Assembly (NCBI GenBank): GCA_963662315.1
Contig: OY759353.1
Location: forward strand, 128,001-192,000
Source: Geopsychrobacteraceae bacterium
GTDB lineage: Bacteria; Desulfobacterota; Desulfuromonadia; Desulfuromonadales; Geopsychrobacteraceae
Length of the DNA stretch: 64,000 nucleotides
Direction of reading: 5' to 3'
The notes under the pieces were generated by a model. That model was given only the letters and a program-made list of their open reading frames with translations. It made no database searches and was not told the DNA's origin. Below, piece by piece: positions 59,659 to 64,000 of the stretch. Within the stretch, counting starts at the first letter, position 1. The number at the start of each line of letters is the position of its first letter. The translations under genes were made by a program, and so were the position numbers.

Positions 59659-61383
59659 ATGGAAAGAATAATCCAATTTTGGGCGAAGTTTTTACGGTCA
59701 GTACTGCTTGGGATCGTCTGTAGTCTCGGCTTCTCCGGGTCCGCACTATGGGCTGCGGACCCGGCACCTGTCAATCCTGTCGCTGTTGTCGTTGGCGGTG
59801 ACCATAATTATCCTCCCTATGAGTTTTTGGACGAAAACCAGCAGCCTGCAGGATTCAATGTTGATCTGACCCGTGCGATTGCTGAAGTTATGGGGATCTC
59901 CGTCACCTTTCAAATGGATACCTGGGATCATGTCCGTCACGATCTGGATGTTGGAAAGATCGATATTCTGCAGGGGATGGTCTACTCAGAAGGGCGCAGC
60001 CGTGATTACGATTTTTCTCCCCCCCATACCATTGTTCACGAGTCCGTTTTTGCCAGAAAAGATGCCCATCCCCGCAGTGTTTCAGCAATCACCTCGCTGC
60101 AGCAACTGGCCGGGAAAGAACTGATTGTGCAAAAAGGGGGGATTCGCCACGACCAGTTGCTGGAGAAAAAGCTGGATGCCAAACTGTTTCTGGTTGATAC
60201 CCATGCGGCGGCTTTACGGCTGTTGGCCTCCGGGCAGCACGACTATGCCCTGGTCGGCAATCTGCCCGGTTTATATCTGGGCAAGGAGCTGGGGCTATCA
60301 AATATTCGGCCGGTTGGCAGTCCGTTTCCTGCCCAGCATTACTGTTATGCAGTACGCAAAGGGAACGCCGAACTCCTGGCTATTTTCAGCGAGGGGCTGG
60401 CGATCCTGAAGAACACCGGGCGTTATCAGCAATTGTATGATAAATGGCTCGGGCCGCTGGAAACAACTGATGGGTTTCCCTGGCGCAAGATGGCGCCGGT
60501 CCTGGCAGGGATTGTTGGCGGAGCATTGTTCATCTTTGCTATCATCATGTTCTGGAACCGGACACTTAAAAAGGAAGTCGAGCGTCGTTCCAGTGAACTG
60601 CAGCAGCATCAGCAACAGCTGATCCAGGCTGACAAGTTGGCGTCTCTGGGGATCCTGGTCAGCGGTGTTGCTCATGAAATCAACAACCCCAACAGTTTAA
60701 TCCTGATGAACATGCCGATTGTCATGGCTGCGCATGAGGACAGTTCTGAAATTCTTGAAGAGTATTATCAGAACCACGGGGATTACAGCCTTGCTGGTAT
60801 CGATTATTCCCGCATGCGCGAAGAATTACCCTCTCTTCACGAAGAAATGTTTGATGCGGCGAGGCGGATCAAGCGGATTGTTGACGATCTGAAGGATTTT
60901 GCCCGCCCTGAACCTGCGGCCGATTTTCAGCACCTTGATATTAATGATATCGTGCAAACAGCGGTGCGTCTGGTTGAAAATTCACTGAACAAAGCGACCC
61001 GCCACTTTCAACAGCACTATGCGGCCGATCTGCCGGCAGTTAACGGACAACGGCAACGCATCGAACAGGTTGTTGTTAACCTGCTGCTTAATGCCTGCCA
61101 AGCTTTACCTGATGCTGAATGCAGTATTACCGTTGTTACCAGTTTTATCGCGGAAACTGGCGAGGTTTGTATTGAGGTCCAGGATCAGGGGGTGGGGATT
61201 GATGCGGAGCATTTAGCCCGTGTTACCGATCCGTTTTTCACCACCAAGCGTGAATGTGGTGGTACGGGATTGGGGTTGTCTGTTTCAGCAACAATTGTTC
61301 AACAACATGGTGGATCCTTGGTCTTTACCTCAGAGCCCGGCTGCGGAACGGTTGCGGCATTAACCCTTCCCGTGAGTGTTTAA
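59659..61383 (+). CDS. Histidine kinase with periplasmic amino-acid-binding (family 3 SBP) sensor
   Basis: NYPPYEF...GFNVDL, TM, AHEINNP, NLLLNA, DQGVGI, FFTTK, GTGLGL. Confidence 0.93.
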   Translation: MERIIQFWAKFLRSVLLGIVCSLGFSGSALWAADPAPVNPVAVVVGGDHNYPPYEFLDENQQPAGFNVDLTRAIAEVMGISVTFQMDTWDHVRHDLDVGKIDILQGMVYSEGRSRDYDFSPPHTIVHESVFARKDAHPRSVSAITSLQQLAGKELIVQKGGIRHDQLLEKKLDAKLFLVDTHAAALRLLASGQHDYALVGNLPGLYLGKELGLSNIRPVGSPFPAQHYCYAVRKGNAELLAIFSEGLAILKNTGRYQQLYDKWLGPLETTDGFPWRKMAPVLAGIVGGALFIFAIIMFWNRTLKKEVERRSSELQQHQQQLIQADKLASLGILVSGVAHEINNPNSLILMNMPIVMAAHEDSSEILEEYYQNHGDYSLAGIDYSRMREELPSLHEEMFDAARRIKRIVDDLKDFARPEPAADFQHLDINDIVQTAVRLVENSLNKATRHFQQHYAADLPAVNGQRQRIEQVVVNLLLNACQALPDAECSITVVTSFIAETGEVCIEVQDQGVGIDAEHLARVTDPFFTTKRECGGTGLGLSVSATIVQQHGGSLVFTSEPGCGTVAALTLPVSV

Positions 61384-61394
61384 GGAGCTTATCG

Positions 61395-62801
61395 ATGGTT
61401 GCGCCCCTGACTCCCTCTTTTTCCATTTTGCTGGTCGACGATGAAGCCTCATTTCTGCGCAGCATGAGCCTGACCCTGGAACGTACCGGGCGCATTAATA
61501 ATATTCTACGCTGCGAAGACAGTCGCAATGTTATGGCGTTATTGGCGAGTCATGATATCGGTCTGGTGCTTCTTGATCTGACGATGCCACATATCTCCGG
61601 TGAAGCGCTATTGCCACAGATTGTTGAACACTATCCTGAAGTGATGGTCATTGTCGTCAGTGGCCTTAACCAGGTTGAGACCGCTGTTTCCTGTCTGAAG
61701 CAGGGGGCCTTTGATTATTTCGTTAAAACCGAGGAAACGGATCGCCTGGTCAGCGGGGTCGAGCGCGCGATCCGTATGCTGGAGTTACAGCGCGAAAATC
61801 AACAGATGCGCGAAACCTTTCTTCGGGATCGTCTTGAACATCCCGAAGCGTTTAGCACTATCATCACCTGCAACAAAGGGATGCGTAGCGTATTTCAATA
61901 TCTGGAAGCGGTGGCGCAAAGCAGCCTGCCGATTCTTATCACCGGGGAAAGCGGCGTTGGTAAGGAGCTGTTCGCCCAGGCGGCTCACCGCTTAAGCGCA
62001 CGTTCCGGTCCGTTGGTTTCGGTTAATGTCGCTGGTCTTGATGACAACGTGTTTGCCGATACCCTGTTTGGTCATGTGCGGGGCGCATTTACCGGCGCTC
62101 GCGACGCGCGACGCGGCATGGTTGAGGAGGCTGCCGGTGGTACCCTGTTTCTGGATGAGATTGGTGATTTGAGCCTGGCGTCGCAGATCAAACTGTTGCG
62201 TCTATTGCAGGAAGGGGAGTACTTCCCTCTTGGTAGTGACAAGCCGAAGAAGATGAAGGCGCGCATTATTATTGCAACCCATCAGGATTTACGCAAACGT
62301 CACGCGGCCGGTGAATTCCGTAAAGATCTCTACTATCGACTACGCACGCACCAGGTGGAAATCCCCCCCCTTCGGGAGCGCAAAGAGGATATTCCGCTGT
62401 TGCTGGATCATTTTCTTGACCTGGCCGCAACCGAATTTGGCAAGAAAAAACCCACCGTTCCCAAAGAATTACCAGTATTGCTGGCAAGCTATCACTTTCC
62501 CGGGAATATCCGAGAACTGCGGGGGATGGTTTTTGATGCCATGAGCCTGCATAAAGAGATGATGCTGTCCATGGCGCAGTTCAAAAAGGGGATGCATATG
62601 GATGTGGCGTTGCCCCTGGCTGAACAACGTTCCAGTATCTTTCTCCCGTCTGCACAACTGCCACCTCTTGACCAGATAGCGGATGTCCTGGTGCTTGAAG
62701 CGATGGAGCGTGCTCAGGGGAATCAGTCGATCGCTTGCAGGCTGTTGGGAATCTCTCAACCGGCCTTAAGCAAGCGTCTGAAAAAACTTGGCAGAGACTA
62801 A
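61395..62801 (+). CDS. NtrC-family sigma54 response regulator
   Basis: LVDDE, DLTMP, GESGVGKE, GAFTGA, FPGNIREL, HTH. Confidence 0.95.
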   Translation: MVAPLTPSFSILLVDDEASFLRSMSLTLERTGRINNILRCEDSRNVMALLASHDIGLVLLDLTMPHISGEALLPQIVEHYPEVMVIVVSGLNQVETAVSCLKQGAFDYFVKTEETDRLVSGVERAIRMLELQRENQQMRETFLRDRLEHPEAFSTIITCNKGMRSVFQYLEAVAQSSLPILITGESGVGKELFAQAAHRLSARSGPLVSVNVAGLDDNVFADTLFGHVRGAFTGARDARRGMVEEAAGGTLFLDEIGDLSLASQIKLLRLLQEGEYFPLGSDKPKKMKARIIIATHQDLRKRHAAGEFRKDLYYRLRTHQVEIPPLRERKEDIPLLLDHFLDLAATEFGKKKPTVPKELPVLLASYHFPGNIRELRGMVFDAMSLHKEMMLSMAQFKKGMHMDVALPLAEQRSSIFLPSAQLPPLDQIADVLVLEAMERAQGNQSIACRLLGISQPALSKRLKKLGRD

Positions 62802-62899
62802 GCCTTTTCCTGCCAAACCACTGAAACTCTTTTCTTTTTAGAGACGATAATATTTTTCTAGCCATCTGAAATCGCTCACTGAGGTGGGCGTTCAGCCCC

Positions 62900-63002
62900 T
62901 ATAACCTGAAGGGGTGCTATAACCTTCGGGATAATTCCATAAGTTACTGTTATGCAATAGCAAATCGTCCTTTGGTAGCATTATTTGCCTGCTCAGGTTA
63001 TA
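62900..63002. promoter_or_regulatory. Candidate enhancer half-sites TATAACC (two copies) and GGTTATA
   Basis: tataacc at 62900 and 62918, inverted copy at 62996, upstream of a sigma54 promoter. Confidence 0.5.
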
Positions 63003-63082
63003 CCCCCCTTTGCGCTGTTTCTGCCTTTCTGTGTTGTTGTTTTTTTCTTATATTTCAGCCGTTTATTAACTCTTTTCTGGCC

Positions 63083-63098
63083 TGGCATCTACCTTGCT
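63083..63098 (+). promoter_or_regulatory. sigma54 promoter of aspA
   Basis: TGGCAT-CTACC-TTGCT. Confidence 0.8.
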
Positions 63099-63204
63099 CT
63101 ATAACGGTGTGTCCGGTTTCCTGATCCGGAGCCGGAATGTCAGCCATCAGGCGGCACGTGTCGCCGATGGCATTTTCCCAGTGCGAAAGAGGAGAGCATT
63201 CGAG

Positions 63205-64000
63205 ATGGCAGATCAACAACGGCTTGAGCATGACCTGATTGGCGACAAAGAAGTTCCGGCACACTGCTACTACGGTATCCAGACCCTGAGGGCGTTGGAG
63301 AATTTCCCGATTACCGGTATTCCTATCGGTAAAACCCCAGAATTAATCCGTGCTCTGGCTTTCGTTAAAAAGGCCGCGGCCCTTGCCAACCTGGAGCTGG
63401 GGCAATTGTCCGGTGACTTGGCAAAACATATCTGTGTCGCCTGTGACGAGATCATTGCCGGTGAGCTGCATGAGCATTTTGTGGTTGATGTGTTTCAGGG
63501 TGGGGCAGGGACCTCGACCAACATGAACGCCAATGAAGTGATCGCCAATCGTGCCCTTGAACTGATGGGGCACAGTAAAGGGGAGTATCAGTTCTGCCAC
63601 CCTAATAACCATGTCAATTGTTCCCAATCGACTAATGATGTCTACCCGACCGCTTTTCGCCTGGCATTGCATGCTGAAATCAAAAAACTGATGAAAAAGA
63701 TGCGCAAATTGCAACAGGGCTTCGCCGCTAAGAGCCTTGAATTTGCCGACGTCATAAAAATGGGAAGGACCCAGCTACAAGATGCTGTCCCTATGACTCT
63801 GGGGCAGGAGTTTTCCGCTTACGCAACAACTATAGGTGAAGATATCTCCCGTTTACACGAAACCCATAATCTGGTCCATGAAATCAACCTTGGTGCTACG
63901 GCCATTGGTACCGGAATCAATGCTCCGTCCGGGTATACCCGGATTGTTACGGAACAGTTGCGGACTCTGACAGGAATTCCGCTGGAAACCTCTGCGAATC
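63205..64000 (+). CDS. aspA: Aspartate ammonia-lyase (partial, runs off the window; absent from the ORF track)
   Basis: Hand translation MADQQRLEHDLIG...YYGIQTLRALENF...QGGAGTSTNMNANEV...HPNNHVN-SQSTNDVYPT...KMGRTQLQDA...LGATAIGTG; GAGGAG RBS. Confidence 0.93.
   Translation, partial: MADQQRLEHDLIGDKEVPAHCYYGIQTLRALENFPITGIPIGKTPELIRALAFVKKAAALANLELGQLSGDLAKHICVACDEIIAGELHEHFVVDVFQGGAGTSTNMNANEVIANRALELMGHSKGEYQFCHPNNHVNCSQSTNDVYPTAFRLALHAEIKKLMKKMRKLQQGFAAKSLEFADVIKMGRTQLQDAVPMTLGQEFSAYATTIGEDISRLHETHNLVHEINLGATAIGTGINAPSGYTRIVTEQLRTLTGIPLETSAN

Noticed and set aside
63343..63714. Minus-strand ORFs at the window end
   Set aside because: Antisense shadow of aspA

Overview
Chromosomal window from a bacterium whose gene content and order suggest an anaerobic deltaproteobacterium (Desulfuromonadia/Geobacter-like; this is an inference). 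1-16.1 kb is a conserved core superoperon: pyrG-kdsA-kdsD-kdsC-lptCAB-rpoN-hpf-ptsN-hprK-rapZ, a full mannose-family PTS (EIIA/B/C/D), ptsH, ptsI and metK. 16-31 kb holds aguA/aguB, mntP, a cyclophilin, c-di-GMP and HDOD signalling proteins, an AAA ATPase + DUF2201/VWA-like + orphan operon, and transporters. 31-39.4 kb is an accessory island: an IS4 remnant, an MFS transporter, a tetraheme cytochrome c, an exported FAD reductase lacking fumarate-reductase motifs, and a divergent AT-rich membrane-anchored sigma54 activator. 41-47.5 kb is a sulfate assimilation operon with a decayed APS-kinase domain and an unannotated sirC/cysG fragment, ending in tusA-like and CxxC-type mnmA genes. 48-64 kb has yghX, a CbiR-like gene, ovoA coupled to a class V PLP enzyme, a small sigma54-driven gene, an FAD oxidoreductase, an orphan flagellin, lipoprotein msrAB, and a two-component system in front of a sigma54-driven aspA that runs off the window end. 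No rRNA, tRNA or CRISPR array was recognised. All calls are by eye from motifs; no searches were run.
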